DNA of 64,000 nucleotides from Polyangiales bacterium (GCA_964202905.1 CAXNJO010000006.1:32001-96000); one strand, 5' to 3'; counted from the first letter of the stretch, positions 37,915-49,314 are shown. The notes: a model not told the origin generated them from the letters alone. Translations and numbers: made by a program.

Positions 37915-40878
37915 ATGGCCAAGTCGCTCGTCATCGTGGAGTCGCCCGCCAAGGCGAAGACCATCCAGAAGTACCTCGGCGACGACTACGTGGTGGAGTC
38001 GAGCATCGGCCACATCCGCGACCTCCCGAAGAACGCCGGCGAGGTGCCCGAGCGCCTCAAGAAGCTCGCGTGGGCGCGCCTCGGGATCGACGTCGACCAC
38101 GACTTCGAGCCGGTCTACGTGGTGCCCGCCGAGAAGCGCAGCCAGGTCGCCAAGCTCCGCGCGCTCATGAAGGGCGTCGACCAGATCCTGCTCGCGACCG
38201 ACGAAGACCGCGAAGGAGAGGCCATCGCCTGGCACCTCGCGGACGAGCTGAAGCCGCGCGTGCCGGTCAAGCGGATGGTCTTCCACGAGATCACGAAGTC
38301 CGCGATCGAGGCCGCCATCGCGAAGCCGCGCGACATCGACGACAACCTCGTGCAGGCGCAGGAGGCGCGGCGCGCGCTCGACCGCCTGTACGGCTACGAG
38401 GTCTCGCCCGTCCTCTGGAAGAAGGTCAAGCCGCAGCTCTCCGCGGGGCGCGTGCAGTCGGTCGCGTCGCGGCTCCTCGTCGAGCGCGAGCGCGAGCGCA
38501 TGCGCTTCGTCGCCGCGGGCTGGTGGGACGTCGACGCGACCGTCGCGGCGACGCAGGGCGGGCGCGAGGAGCGCTTCACCGCGGGGCTCGTCGAGCTCGC
38601 GGGCCAGCGCCTCGCGACGGGCAAGGACTTCGACGCGACGACGGGCAAGCTCAAGGCGGAGGCGAAGGTCGCGCGGCTCGACGAGGCCGCGGCCCGCGCG
38701 CTCGTCCGTGCGCTCGAGGGGCGCGCCTTCCGCGTCGCGAGCACCGAGGAGAAGCCGTACACGCTGCGTCCCTACGCCCCGTTCATGACCTCGACGCTGC
38801 AGCAGGAGGCGAACCGCAAGCTCGGCTTCTCCGCGAAGCGCGCGATGAGCACGGCGCAGCGGCTCTACGAGGCCGGCTTCATCACGTACATGCGCACGGA
38901 CTCCACCAACCTCTCGGCGGAGGCGCTCAGCGCCGCGCGCGCGCAGGTGAAGTCCCTCTACGGCGACGCCTACCTCCACCCGACGCCGCGCACCTACGAC
39001 AAGAAGGTCAAGAACGCGCAGGAGGCCCACGAGGCCATCCGCCCCGCGGGCTCGGCCTTCCGCACGCCCGAGTCGCTGCGCGGCGAGCTCGAGGACGACC
39101 AGTACCGCCTCTACGATCTCATCTGGAAGCGCACCGTCGCGTCGCAGATGTCCGACGCGCGCGGCCGCCGCATGCAGGTGCGCGTCGCGGCGACGGCCAC
39201 CGACGGGCGCGAGGCGGTCTTCGCGGCCAGCGGGAAGACCATCGATTTCGCGGGTTTCCTGCGCGCCTACGTCGAGGGCACGGACGACCCGGAGGCCGCG
39301 CTCGAGGATCGCGAGGTCGTGCTGCCCGCGCTCGCCGAGGGCCAGCCGCTCGCGGCCAGCCACCTCGAGCCGAAGGGCCACGAGACGCAGCCGCCCGCGC
39401 GCTTCACCGAGGCGAGCCTCGTGCAGGCGCTCGAGGCCGCGGGCATCGGACGCCCGTCGACGTACGCCTCGATCATGCAGACCATCCAGGACCGCGGCTA
39501 CGTGTTCAAGCGCGGGCAGGCGCTCGTGCCGACGCTCACGGCCTTCGCGACGGTGGGGCTGCTCGAGACGCACTTCGCGAAGCTCGTCGACTACAGCTTC
39601 ACCGCGAAGATGGAGTCGGAGCTCGACGAGATCGCGAACGGCAACGCGCAGCGCATCCCCTACCTCGCGCACTTCTACTTCGGCGGCACGTCGGCCCCCG
39701 GCGGCGGAGCGCCCACGGAGACCAACCTCGGCCTGAAGGCGCTCATCGGCGAGCGCCTCGAGTCGATCGACCCGCGCGTCGTCGCGACCATCCCGGTGCC
39801 GCGCCTCGAGGGGCACGACATCGAGGTGCGCGTCGGCCGCTACGGGCCCTTCCTCAAGCGCGGCGAGCAGTCGGTCACCATCCCCGAGGACATCGCCCCC
39901 GACGAGCTCACGCTCGCGCGCGTCGAAGAGCTGCTCTCGAAGCAGTCGTCGGAGCGTCTGCTCGGCACGGACCTGGCGACGGGCCTGCCCGTGCACGCGA
40001 AGGACGGGCGCTACGGGCCGTACGTGACGCTCGGCGATCCGGCGTCGGCGGACCGCGCCTCGCTCAAGTACGCGTCGCTCTTCCCGACGGACAGCCTCGC
40101 GACCATCGACCTCGCGCGCGCCCTCAAGCTGCTCTCGCTGCCCCGCGTGGTCGGGCTCCTCGAGGGCGAGGAGGTCATCGCGCAGAACGGCCGCTACGGC
40201 CCCTTCATCAAGAAGGGCAACGACACGCGCAGCCTCACCTCGCACGAGCAGCTCTTCACCGTGACGCCCACGGAGGCCGAGGCGATCTTCGCGCAGCCCA
40301 AGCAGCGCCGCGGGCAGGTGGTCGCGGCGCCGCTGCGTTCGTTCGAGTACGAGGGCCGCGCGCCCATCGTCCTCAAGCAGGGCCGCTTCGCGCCCTACCT
40401 CAGCGACGGTGAGCTGAACGCGTCGCTCCGCGGCAGCGACGGGCCGCCCGAGCAGCTGAGCGCCGAGCGCGCGCTCGAGATCCTCGCCGAGCGCGGCAAG
40501 CCGCCCAAGGCGAAGCCGGGGCGCCCGGTGCGCAGCGGCGCGGCGAAGCCGAAGGCCGCGGCGTCCGCGGCGAAGAAGCCCGCGAAGGCCGCCGCGAAGA
40601 AGCCCGCGAAATCGGGCGCGAAGAAGCCCGCGAAGGCGGGCGCGAAGGCGGCGGGCGAGGCGCCGGCGGCGCGGCCGCCCTGGGCCGAGGTCGAGCCGTT
40701 CACGCGGCAGTTCGACGACGTCACCGCGAAGCTCCTGACGCTCGTCAACGGGGAGGGCCGCAAGCTCGCCGAGGCCGCGCAGGTGCTCGGCATCCCGGCC
40801 GCGGACGCGCTCGCGCGCTACCGCGCGTCGAACTTCAAGCTCTACGCGACTTACCGCAAGGCCCGGAAGGGCGCCTGA
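37915..40878 (+). CDS. topA: DNA topoisomerase I with Topo_C-type GRYGP repeats, Lys/Ala-rich tail and extra C-terminal HTH
   Basis: [65 protein letters not shown]; four GR(Y/F)(G/A)P repeats; no Cys zinc ribbons. Confidence 0.97.
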   Translation: MAKSLVIVESPAKAKTIQKYLGDDYVVESSIGHIRDLPKNAGEVPERLKKLAWARLGIDVDHDFEPVYVVPAEKRSQVAKLRALMKGVDQILLATDEDREGEAIAWHLADELKPRVPVKRMVFHEITKSAIEAAIAKPRDIDDNLVQAQEARRALDRLYGYEVSPVLWKKVKPQLSAGRVQSVASRLLVERERERMRFVAAGWWDVDATVAATQGGREERFTAGLVELAGQRLATGKDFDATTGKLKAEAKVARLDEAAARALVRALEGRAFRVASTEEKPYTLRPYAPFMTSTLQQEANRKLGFSAKRAMSTAQRLYEAGFITYMRTDSTNLSAEALSAARAQVKSLYGDAYLHPTPRTYDKKVKNAQEAHEAIRPAGSAFRTPESLRGELEDDQYRLYDLIWKRTVASQMSDARGRRMQVRVAATATDGREAVFAASGKTIDFAGFLRAYVEGTDDPEAALEDREVVLPALAEGQPLAASHLEPKGHETQPPARFTEASLVQALEAAGIGRPSTYASIMQTIQDRGYVFKRGQALVPTLTAFATVGLLETHFAKLVDYSFTAKMESELDEIANGNAQRIPYLAHFYFGGTSAPGGGAPTETNLGLKALIGERLESIDPRVVATIPVPRLEGHDIEVRVGRYGPFLKRGEQSVTIPEDIAPDELTLARVEELLSKQSSERLLGTDLATGLPVHAKDGRYGPYVTLGDPASADRASLKYASLFPTDSLATIDLARALKLLSLPRVVGLLEGEEVIAQNGRYGPFIKKGNDTRSLTSHEQLFTVTPTEAEAIFAQPKQRRGQVVAAPLRSFEYEGRAPIVLKQGRFAPYLSDGELNASLRGSDGPPEQLSAERALEILAERGKPPKAKPGRPVRSGAAKPKAAASAAKKPAKAAAKKPAKSGAKKPAKAGAKAAGEAPAARPPWAEVEPFTRQFDDVTAKLLTLVNGEGRKLAEAAQVLGIPAADALARYRASNFKLYATYRKARKGA
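40570..40634 (+). repeat. 24-bp-period coding repeat (AKKPAK) x3, histone-like tail of TopA
   Basis: GCGAAGAAGCCCGCGAA at 40570, 40594 and 40618. Confidence 0.85.
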
Positions 40879-40904
40879 TCCGCGCGCGCGCTACACCCGC
40901 CCCC

Positions 40905-42361
40905 ATGTCCGAAGACCGCAGCGTGCAGGAGGTCGTCGTCGTGGGCGCCGGCATGGCCGGCAGCGAGTGCGCGTGGCAGCTCGCCGAGCGCGGCGTGCCG
41001 GTGCGGCTCCTCGAGCAGAAGCCCGCGCGGCGCACGCCGGCCGCGCACTTCGACACGTTCGCGGAGATGGTCTGCTCGAACTCGATGCGCGGCGCGGCGC
41101 TCACCAACGCCGTCGGGTTGCTCAAGGAGGAGCTGCGGCGCGCCGGGTCGCTGCTGCTCGCCTGCGCCGACGAGACGGCCGTGCCCGCGGGCGGCGCCCT
41201 CGCGGTCGATCGCGTCGCGTTCTCGGCGCGCGTCACCGAGCGGCTGCGCGCGCACCCGCGCATCCGCGTCGAGGCCTGCGAGGTGACCGAGATCCCGCCC
41301 GCGCGGCCGTGCGTGCTCGCGACGGGTCCGCTCACCGGCGACGCGCTCGCGGCCGATCTCGCCCGCGTCGTCGGGCGTGAGGGGCTCGCGTACTACGACG
41401 CCATCGCGCCGATCGTCTCCGCGGACTCGATCGCGTGGGACCAGGTGTTCCGCGCGTCCCGCTACGACAAGGGTGGCGACGACGCCTACGTGAACTGCCC
41501 CATGAACAAGGCGCAGTACGAGGCGTTCGTCGACGCGATCCTCGCCGCCGAGAAGGTCGCGCCGCGCGCCTTCGAGGACGTGCGCTACTTCGAGGGCTGC
41601 CTGCCGCTCGAGGTGATGGCCGAGCGCGGCCGCGAGACGCTGCGCTTCGGGCCGCTCAAGCCCGTCGGGCTCACCGATCCGCGCACCGGCCGCTGGCCGT
41701 ACGCCTGCGTGCAGCTCCGCACCGAGGACCCGGAGGGCACCGCGTTCAACCTCGTCGGCTTCCAGTCGCGCATGACCTGGCCCGAGCAGCGGCGCGTCTT
41801 CGGGCTCATCCCCGGCCTCGGCCAGGCGGAGTTCGCGCGCTTCGGCAGCGTGCACCGCAACACGTTCGTCGATGCCCCGAGCGCGCTCGACGAAGCGCTC
41901 GCGCTGCGCGCGCTGCCGGGCGTCTACCTCGCGGGGCAGATCACGGGCGTCGAGGGCTACGTCGAGAGCGGCGCGAGCGGCTTCGTGCTCGGCGTCACGC
42001 TCGCGCAGCGCTTGCGCGGCGAGGCCGCCACGCCGCCGCCCGCGACGACGGCGCTCGGGTCGTTGCTCTCGCACCTGCGGCCCGAGACGCCGCGCGGCGG
42101 CCCCGGCTTCCAACCCTCGAACGTCGTGTGGTCGATGTTCCCGCGCTGCCCGCGCGCGAGGGCAAGCGCCTGCAGAAGCGCGATCGCTACCAGGCGCTCG
42201 CGGATCGCGCGCTCATCGACCTCGAGCCCTGGCTCGACGCGAGCGGCGCGCGGCGCGTGCGGGCCCAGGTGCGCGGCGCCGCGGCGCCCGCCGTGGAGGC
42301 GGCGGCGTCCGGGGCCTCGGCGCCCTCGGCCGACGCGGCGGCGCTCGGGGCGTCGGCGTGA
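40905..42361 (+). CDS. trmFO: Methylenetetrahydrofolate-tRNA (uracil-5) methyltransferase TrmFO; apparent 1-bp deletion at about 42140-42142
   Basis: [67 protein letters not shown]; restoring one C gives [17 protein letters not shown]. Confidence 0.93.
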
Positions 42362-42819
42362 GCGCCGGCCCCGCGTCGGCGAAGGGCCCCGAGCGGCGCC
42401 GTAAGCTGTTGAAGTTGCTGGGGATCGCGTTCACGGTCCCGTCCGTCTTCCTGGTGCTGTTCGTGTTCGGGATCATCGTCCGCAACGAGCGCGCGCACGA
42501 CGAGGCGCGCTGCCCCTTCGTGCGTGTCGAGGCGCGCGCGATCGAGGGCGGGCGCGTCGCCGACGAGCGCCGCCGCTGCGTCGAGGGGATCGAGGAGCAC
42601 CGCTGGGTGCTCGAGCGCGGGGCCGGGGCGCCCCTCGAGCTCGGGCGACGGCGGCTGGCGCGCGGCTTCTACGAGGGCAGCCGCTACACGTGGCGGGTCT
42701 TCGCGGAGCAGGGGAAGGCGCGCGTGCACGTCGAGAACACGGGCGCGCCGCCGGTCACGTACCGCGAGGAGGTGGCCGCGGGCGGCGCCGTCCCCGCGCC
42801 CGTCGCGCCGCGCCGCTGA
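42358..42819 (+). CDS. Hypothetical membrane-anchored protein
   Basis: GTGA overlap with the trmFO end; single TM ([22 protein letters not shown]); two Cys. Confidence 0.7.
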   Translation: MSAGPASAKGPERRRKLLKLLGIAFTVPSVFLVLFVFGIIVRNERAHDEARCPFVRVEARAIEGGRVADERRRCVEGIEEHRWVLERGAGAPLELGRRRLARGFYEGSRYTWRVFAEQGKARVHVENTGAPPVTYREEVAAGGAVPAPVAPRR

Positions 42820-43034
42820 CGGCGGCGTGCCCGTGACGGGTGATCGCCGTCGGCGGCCACGGTGCGCACGCGCTGCGGTGCCGGTCGGCGGACGCTGCGG
42901 CGCGCCGGGACGTGGCACACTCCGCGGCCGTGCGTGCCCCGGAGCTCAGCGGCGGGCGAGCGGACGCCCCGGGCGCGGGGCCGGGTGCGGGTGCCAGGCG
43001 CCCCGTGGGTGCGGGCCCCTTGAACGGGCATGCC

Positions 43035-44465
43035 ATGGTGGGGTGCGCCGTGGCGCTGGTGGCTCTCGCGCGCGCGGTCGAGGTGCTGATCGCGCTCGCG
43101 ATCACGGCGCGGCTGCTCTCCGACCGCGACGTCCGCACGCTCTGGGTGAAGGTCGTCGGCGCCATGCTGCGCGGCGCCGCGGCGTGCCTCGCGCTCGCGC
43201 GCGTCGACCCCGGCGCCCTGCACGACGGGCTGGCGATGTCCGCGATCTTCCTGCTCGTCGTCGCGCCGCTCGTGCGGCTGTGTCTTCACGTGTCGCCCCA
43301 TCGACGCGCGTGGATCCCGCTGCTCGTCGTCGTCGCGACCTTCGCGCTCGCGCTGATGCCGCTCGCCGTCACGGCGCCGATCCATTGGGCGGTCCTCGTC
43401 GGCGCCTCGGTCGTCGGCGCGTCCGCGGCCTCGCGGCCGAGACTCGCGTGGCTGGCGTTCGCGCCGATGCTCCTCGGCGCGCACCCGACGCTCACGGTGC
43501 ACGGCGGCCCGCTGAGCTGGGCGTGGATGCGCGGCGAGCGGCTCGCGGTCCGCTGCGAGGGGGAGCACCGCGTCCTGCCGCGCGGTGTCGAGCGGGGCAT
43601 GTTCGGCACGGCGTACTACGGGCTCACGCGCTTCGACGCCGCGCGCGTGCTCCTCACCGGGGAGCGCGCTTCCTGGTGGTTGACGCCGGAGGGCGAGGGC
43701 CTCGCGGTGGCGCGCGAGGCGGTGGTGCGGGGAAACCTGTGGACCGGCGCGGTCGGCGCGGACCGCCTCTGGTTCACGCACACCGGGAGCGACCTCGTGG
43801 AGGTCGACCCCGCGCGCGCGGGGAAGGAGCGCCACGAGCACCGCGCGATCCATTTCCCGTGGGGCCCGGACAAGACGGAGCTCGATCTGCTCGACGCCGT
43901 GTACGACGAGGGCACCGCGTCCGTGTTCGCGACGGAGATGGTCGGCGGCGGGTTGTGGCAGTACACGGTCCCGACGAAGCGCTTCCGGCACCACCGCGTC
44001 GGCCACTTCTACCTGCAGGCCGCGCGCCGCGACGACGGCCTGCTCGTCGCCATCGACACCACGCACCTCTACGTGTTCGACCCGCGCGCGGGCGTCGTGA
44101 CCGAGTCGCTGCCGGTCGCGCTCGGCAGCGGCGGGCTCGACGTGTGCGCGGCGACGGGCGAGGTCGCCGTCGCGGACTACGCGGGCCGTTTGCGCCTGTT
44201 CTCGCTGGACCGCGCGGGCCACTACCGCTTCGAGCGCAGCGCGGCGACGCCGGCGCCGCGGCGCGTGGCGTTCTCGCCCGACTGCGCCTTTCTCACGCTC
44301 TCGTCCGCCGACGACACCACCGTCGAGGTGTTGCGGCGCAGCGACCTGAGCGTCGTGCGGCGCTACGCGCTCGGGCCCGGGCTGCGCGACGCGACGTACC
44401 TCGACGCACGCCGCGTCGGCGTCGTCGATGCGTGTACCGTGACCATCGTGGAGGGTGGTGTGTGA
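43035..44465 (+). CDS. Multi-pass membrane protein with C-terminal beta-propeller-like domain (start uncertain)
   Basis: Several N-terminal hydrophobic helices; propeller-like repeats (LYVFDP, VAVADY, RRVAFSPD, TVEV). Confidence 0.6.
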   Translation: MVGCAVALVALARAVEVLIALAITARLLSDRDVRTLWVKVVGAMLRGAAACLALARVDPGALHDGLAMSAIFLLVVAPLVRLCLHVSPHRRAWIPLLVVVATFALALMPLAVTAPIHWAVLVGASVVGASAASRPRLAWLAFAPMLLGAHPTLTVHGGPLSWAWMRGERLAVRCEGEHRVLPRGVERGMFGTAYYGLTRFDAARVLLTGERASWWLTPEGEGLAVAREAVVRGNLWTGAVGADRLWFTHTGSDLVEVDPARAGKERHEHRAIHFPWGPDKTELDLLDAVYDEGTASVFATEMVGGGLWQYTVPTKRFRHHRVGHFYLQAARRDDGLLVAIDTTHLYVFDPRAGVVTESLPVALGSGGLDVCAATGEVAVADYAGRLRLFSLDRAGHYRFERSAATPAPRRVAFSPDCAFLTLSSADDTTVEVLRRSDLSVVRRYALGPGLRDATYLDARRVGVVDACTVTIVEGGV

Positions 44466-44467
44466 CG

Positions 44468-45286
44468 ATGCGTGTCTGCGTCACCGCCGACGACTACGGC
44501 CTCGACGACGCCATCGACGAGGGCGTCGCGTCGCTCGCCGCTGCGGGTCGCGTGGACGCGGTGAGCGTCATGGTGCACCCGGACGCCGCGCTCGCGGGGG
44601 CAGGGCGCCTCGCGTCGACCGCCGTCGCGACGGGCCTGCACCTCGTCTTCGTCGGCGAGCGACCCTTGCGTGCGGATCGGCTCGCGGCGGCGCTCGACGC
44701 GGACGGTCGCTTGCCGGGCCACTACGCCGCGCTCTTCGCGCTGCTCTTGCGGCGACCGCAGCTGCTGCCGCGCCTGGTCGAGGAGGCGCATGCGCAGGCG
44801 GATCGCTTCCTCGGGCTCGGTTTGCGGCTCGATTTTCTGAACAGCCACCAGCACGTGCATCAGTTTCCGCTCCTCTGGCGGGCGCTCGCCGGGGTGTTCC
44901 GGCGCTTCCCCGGCGCCGCGGTGCGGTGCGCGCGGACGGGCGCGCCGGGCCTGTCGCGTCAGGGGGCGCTCAACCTCGCGGCGCGCCTCTCGTGGCGCGC
45001 GTGGCCGCTCCCGGGGACGCGCACCCTCGACGGCGTGGGCGTGGACTTCGCGGGGCGTGCGGACCTGCCCGCCGTCGCGCGCGCCCTCGAGGCGCTCGGT
45101 CGTCGGCGCGTGCGCGAGGACGTCGTGCACGAGCTGATCTTCCATCCGGGCCTCGGCGCGCCGGCGCGCGACGCGCATCGCCGCTGGGGCTATCGGTGGC
45201 GCGAGGAGCACGCGCTGCTCGCCTCCGACGCTCTCGCCGACGTCTTCGCCCGCCGGGGCGTGCGGCGCGTCCGCCCGCTCGCATGA
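44468..45286 (+). CDS. ChbG/HpnK (YdjC-family) deacetylase
   Basis: VTADDYG, TGLHL, FLNSHQHVH, ELIFHPG, YRWREE. Confidence 0.88.
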   Translation: MRVCVTADDYGLDDAIDEGVASLAAAGRVDAVSVMVHPDAALAGAGRLASTAVATGLHLVFVGERPLRADRLAAALDADGRLPGHYAALFALLLRRPQLLPRLVEEAHAQADRFLGLGLRLDFLNSHQHVHQFPLLWRALAGVFRRFPGAAVRCARTGAPGLSRQGALNLAARLSWRAWPLPGTRTLDGVGVDFAGRADLPAVARALEALGRRRVREDVVHELIFHPGLGAPARDAHRRWGYRWREEHALLASDALADVFARRGVRRVRPLA

Positions 45287-45296
45287 TGCGACGCCC

Positions 45297-46001
45297 ATGA
45301 GCCCGGACGTCACGTTCTTCTTCCCGATGTACAACGAGCGCGACTCGGTCGGTCCCATCATGCGCAAGGCGCTCGACCTGCTCGCGGAGACGGGGCGCTC
45401 CTTCGAGGTCCTCATCGTGGACGATGGCAGTTCGGACGGGTCGTCGGCGCTCGCGCTCGCGCTCGAGGCGGCCGACGCGCGCGTGCGCGTCGTGCGCCAC
45501 GCAGTGAACCGCGGCTACGGCGCGGCGCTGCGCACGGGCTTCGCGGAGGCCCGCGGCGCGCTCGTCGCCTACACCGACTGCGACGAGCCGGCCGACCTGC
45601 GCGTGCTCTTCGCCGCGCTGCCGCTGCTCGATCGATGCGATCTCGTCATCGGCCACCGGGAGCACCGCAGCGACGGGATTCGCCGCCGCGTGTTCTCCGC
45701 GGCCTACAACGGGCTCGTGCGCTCGCTGTTCGGCGTGCGCGCGCGCGACGTGAACTTCTCGTTCAAGCTCATCCGGCGCAGCGCGCTCGAGCGTCTCCGG
45801 CTCACGACCAGCTCGGTCTTCGTCGACGGCGAGCTGCTCATCGAGGCGACGCGCTGCGGCCTCCGCATCGTCGAGGTCCCGGTGACCTATCTGCCCCGGC
45901 GCTTCGGCACGACCCACTTCGGCGATCTGCGCTCCGCGGCCGCGACGCTCGACGAGGTGGTGCGCTACTGGTGGGCCGCGCGCGGGCCGGGTACGCGATG
46001 A
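45297..46001 (+). CDS. GT2 polyprenol-phosphate glycosyltransferase (DPM1/ArnC-like)
   Basis: FFPMYNE, IVDDGSSDGS, NRGYGAALRTG, YTDCD, DVNFSFKL, EVPVTYLPR. Confidence 0.9.
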   Translation: MSPDVTFFFPMYNERDSVGPIMRKALDLLAETGRSFEVLIVDDGSSDGSSALALALEAADARVRVVRHAVNRGYGAALRTGFAEARGALVAYTDCDEPADLRVLFAALPLLDRCDLVIGHREHRSDGIRRRVFSAAYNGLVRSLFGVRARDVNFSFKLIRRSALERLRLTTSSVFVDGELLIEATRCGLRIVEVPVTYLPRRFGTTHFGDLRSAAATLDEVVRYWWAARGPGTR

Positions 46002-46671
46002 CGCTGCGCAGGTTGCTCCGCGCCCATCCGTCGCTGCGCCCGGCCGAGCGGGTGCACCTCGCGCTGCGCTGGGCGATGGCGCCGCTGCCGCGGATCGCGG
46101 CGCTCGTGCCGGAGGAGGGCGTGGTGCTCGACCTCGGCTGCGGCCACGGTCTCGTCTCGCTGCTGCGCGCGCGCGGCCGGCGCGACAGGTGATCGGCCTC
46201 GACTGGGATGCTCGCAGGCTCGCCACGGCGCGCACGCTCAGCGAGCCGAACCTGCGCTTCGAGTTCGGCGACCTAGCGGGCCAGACCCCGTTTCCCGCCG
46301 CGCGCGGCGTGCTGCTCGCGGACGTCGTCTACCTCCTGTCGCCTCCGGATCAGGAGCGGCTGCTTGCCCGCTGCGCCGCGGCCCTCGAGCCCGGAGGCGT
46401 GCTCGTCCTCAAGGAGACCGTGGACACGCCGCGCTGGAAGGCCGCGCTCTCGCGGCTCCAGGAGGTGCTCGCGGTGCGGACGTTCGGGCTCACGCGGGGC
46501 CGCGCGCTGCATGTGCTCGGGCGCGACGAGTGGGTCCGACTGCTCGAGTCGCTGGGGCTCGAGGTCCGCGTCGTGCCGCTCGACCGCTTCCGGTACCATC
46601 CCCACGCCGCGTTCGTCGCCCGGCGCGCGGCGGGTGGCGCCGAGGCGCCGCGGGGCCACGCGGCGGGGTGA
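45998..46671 (+). CDS. Class I SAM-dependent methyltransferase; apparent frameshift at about 46170-46190
   Basis: ATGA overlap; VLDLGCGHG in one frame; VIGLDWD..DVVYLL..LEPGGVLVLKE in the next frame. Confidence 0.8.
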
Positions 46672-46677
46672 GTCGGC

Positions 46678-47667
46678 ATGCGCTATCTCGTGACGGGCGG
46701 GGCGGGGTTCATCGGCTCGCATCTCTGCGAGACGCTCCGCGCGCGCGGCCACGAGGTGTGGGCGCTCGACGATCTCTCGACGGGCTGCCGCGAGAACGTG
46801 CGGCTCCTGGAGGACGACCCGCGCTTCCGGTTGACCGTGGGGAGCGCGACCGATCGCGACGTCGTGGCGGCGCTCGTCGACGAGGTCGACGCCGTGTTCC
46901 ACCTCGCCGCCGTCGTGGGGGTGCGGCTCGTGGTGGAGCGCCCCGTGCGGACCATCGAGACGAACCTGCGCGCGACCGAGGTGGTGCTCTCGGCCGCGGG
47001 CCGCCGGGGGTGCCCGGTGTTCGTGGCCTCCTCGAGCGAGGTCTACGGGAAGGGCACGCAGCTTCCCTTCCGGGAGGACGCCGACCTCGTGCTCGGCCCG
47101 ACGAACACGGCGCGCTGGGCCTACGCCTGCGCGAAGGCGAACGACGAGTTCCTCGCGCTCGCGCACTGGAAGGAGCGCCGTCTTCCGGTCGTGGTCGGGC
47201 GTCTCTTCAACACCGTCGGTCCGCGTCAGCTGGGATGTCATGGGATGGTGTTGCCATCTTTCGTGGGGCAGGCGCTGCGCGGCGAGCCGATCACGGTGCA
47301 CGGCGACGGCACGCAGCGGCGCTGCTTCGCGCACGTCGCCGACGTCGCGCGCGCGGTCACGCTGCTGCTCGAGACGCCCGCGGCCTACGGGAAGGTCGTC
47401 AACGTCGGCAGCGACGAGGAGATCGCGATCCTCGAGCTGGCGCGGCGCGTCCGTGACCGCGCGGGCTCGTCGTCGGCGATCACGCTCGTGCCCCACGCGG
47501 AGGTCTATGCGGACGGCTTCGAGGACATCGACCGCCGCGTGCCCGACACGTCGCGGCTGCGCGCGCTGACCGGCTGGCGGCCGGAGCACGGCCTGTCGCG
47601 GATCCTCGACGATGTGCTGGCGTCCGCCCGCGACGCGCGCGCCGGGTCGGCGTCCGCGTCGCCGTAG
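46678..47667 (+). CDS. NAD-dependent nucleotide-sugar epimerase/dehydratase (extended SDR)
   Basis: LVTGGAGFIGSHL, LDDLSTG, HLAAVVGV, ASSSEVYG, YACAK, RLFNTVGPRQ, GDGTQRRCF. Confidence 0.93.
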   Translation: MRYLVTGGAGFIGSHLCETLRARGHEVWALDDLSTGCRENVRLLEDDPRFRLTVGSATDRDVVAALVDEVDAVFHLAAVVGVRLVVERPVRTIETNLRATEVVLSAAGRRGCPVFVASSSEVYGKGTQLPFREDADLVLGPTNTARWAYACAKANDEFLALAHWKERRLPVVVGRLFNTVGPRQLGCHGMVLPSFVGQALRGEPITVHGDGTQRRCFAHVADVARAVTLLLETPAAYGKVVNVGSDEEIAILELARRVRDRAGSSSAITLVPHAEVYADGFEDIDRRVPDTSRLRALTGWRPEHGLSRILDDVLASARDARAGSASASP

Positions 47668-47721
47668 CCCGCGCCACGCGGGAATTGCGCCCCGCGGGGG
47701 TCGGCGTTCTACGCTGCGGAC

Positions 47722-48711
47722 GTGAAGGGCGGCGCGCGCGGCGGCACGGACGCGGGGCAGGGGGCGGGCGATGCGCCGCGCGACGCGCTCGCCGAGCAGC
47801 TCGCGGCGTTCGAGCAGTACCTGCGCGCCGAGCGACGCGCCTCGCCGCGCACGGTCGAGGCGTACGGGCGCGATCTCCGCGCGCTGCGGGACTTCGTGCA
47901 GGCGCGGCAGCTCCCGCTCGACGCGCGGCGCCTCGGCGTGCCCGCGCTCCGTGCGTGGCTCGCGTCGATCTTCGAGGGGCGCTCGCCGCAGACCCTCGCG
48001 CGCAAGACCTCCTCGCTGCGCGCGTTCTACCGGTTCCTGCTGTTGCGCGGCGTCGTGCGCGAGAGCCCGGCGGCCGCGCTCCGCACGCCCCGCACCAAGC
48101 GCCCGCTGCCGCGCTTCCTCACGGTCGACGACGCGTTCCGCGTGGTGGAGGCGCCCGCGGCGGACGGACGCGGCGACGAGCCGCTGCGCCTGCGGGACAC
48201 GGCGATGCTCGAGCTGCTCTACGGCGCCGGGATCCGCGTGAGCGAGCTCGTGGGGCTGACGCTCGCGCGCGTCGACCTCGCGGGGCGCACCGCGCGCGTG
48301 CTCGGCAAAGGCGACAAGGAGCGGCTCGTCCCGCTCGGGGGGCCCTGCGTGGACGCGCTCGGCGCGTGGCTCGCGGCGCGGCCTTCGTTGCGGCACCCGC
48401 GCACGGGCGCGCAGCACGGAGACGCCCTGTTTCTGGGGAGATTCGGCACCGCGCTCACGGTGCGGCAGGTGCAGAACCTCGTGCGCGCGTGGGGGACGCG
48501 CGGCGCGGGGCGCACCGACCTGCACCCGCACGCGCTGCGCCACACCTGCGCGACGCACCTGCTCGACGCGGGCGCGGATCTGCGCGGCATCCAGGAGCTG
48601 CTCGGCCACGCGAGCCTCTCTACGACGCAGCGCTACACGCACGTCAGCATCGATCAACTGATGGCGGTGTACGACCGCGCCCATCCGCTCGCGCGGGGCG
48701 GCCGGTCTTGA
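47722..48711 (+). CDS. xerC: Tyrosine recombinase XerC
   Basis: [76 protein letters not shown]; typical position upstream of hslVU. Confidence 0.92.
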   Translation: MKGGARGGTDAGQGAGDAPRDALAEQLAAFEQYLRAERRASPRTVEAYGRDLRALRDFVQARQLPLDARRLGVPALRAWLASIFEGRSPQTLARKTSSLRAFYRFLLLRGVVRESPAAALRTPRTKRPLPRFLTVDDAFRVVEAPAADGRGDEPLRLRDTAMLELLYGAGIRVSELVGLTLARVDLAGRTARVLGKGDKERLVPLGGPCVDALGAWLAARPSLRHPRTGAQHGDALFLGRFGTALTVRQVQNLVRAWGTRGAGRTDLHPHALRHTCATHLLDAGADLRGIQELLGHASLSTTQRYTHVSIDQLMAVYDRAHPLARGGRS

Positions 48712-48750
48712 CTCCCCCGGGGGCGCGCCGCACTTTCGCGCAGTGCGAAA
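48708..48750 (+). promoter_or_regulatory. Putative sigma70-type promoter and overlapping palindrome upstream of hslV
   Basis: TTGACT-17 nt-CACTTT; inverted repeat TTTCGC-N5-GCGAAA at 48734-48750. Confidence 0.4.
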
Positions 48751-49314
48751 AGTCGATGAATCCGAGCGCTTTCGGTCGACCACGATCGTCGCCGTGCGCC
48801 GTGGGGCGTGCGCCGCGATGGCCGGCGATGGCCAGGTGTCGCAGGGCCAGACGATCCTGAAGGCCAACGCGAAGAAGGTGCGGCGCATCGCGAACGGCCG
48901 CGTGATCACGGGCTTTGCGGGCGCGACGGCCGACGCCTTCACGCTGCTCGAGCGCTTCGAGAGCAAGCTCGAGGCGCACCGCGGGGCGATGGCGCGCGCG
49001 GCGGTCGAGCTCGCGAAGGACTGGCGCACCGACCGCTACCTCCGCCGCCTCGAGGCGATGCTCCTCGTGATGGACGAGACCACGACGCTGCTGCTCTCGG
49101 GTACGGGCGACGTGATCGAGCCCGATCCGCTGCCGGGCACGAGCGACGTCATCGTCGCCATCGGCTCGGGCGGCGCGTACGCGCTCGCGGCGGGGCGCGC
49201 GCTGCTGCGGCACACCACGCTCGGGCCGGGTGAGGTCGCGCGCGAGGCGATGCGCGTCGCGGCGGAGATCTGCGTCTACACCAACGAGTCCGTCATCGTC
49301 GAGGAGCTCGGCGC

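Noticed and set aside
47722..48711. Tyrosine recombinase as a phage or island integrase
   Set aside because: Sequence and position upstream of hslVU match chromosomal XerC
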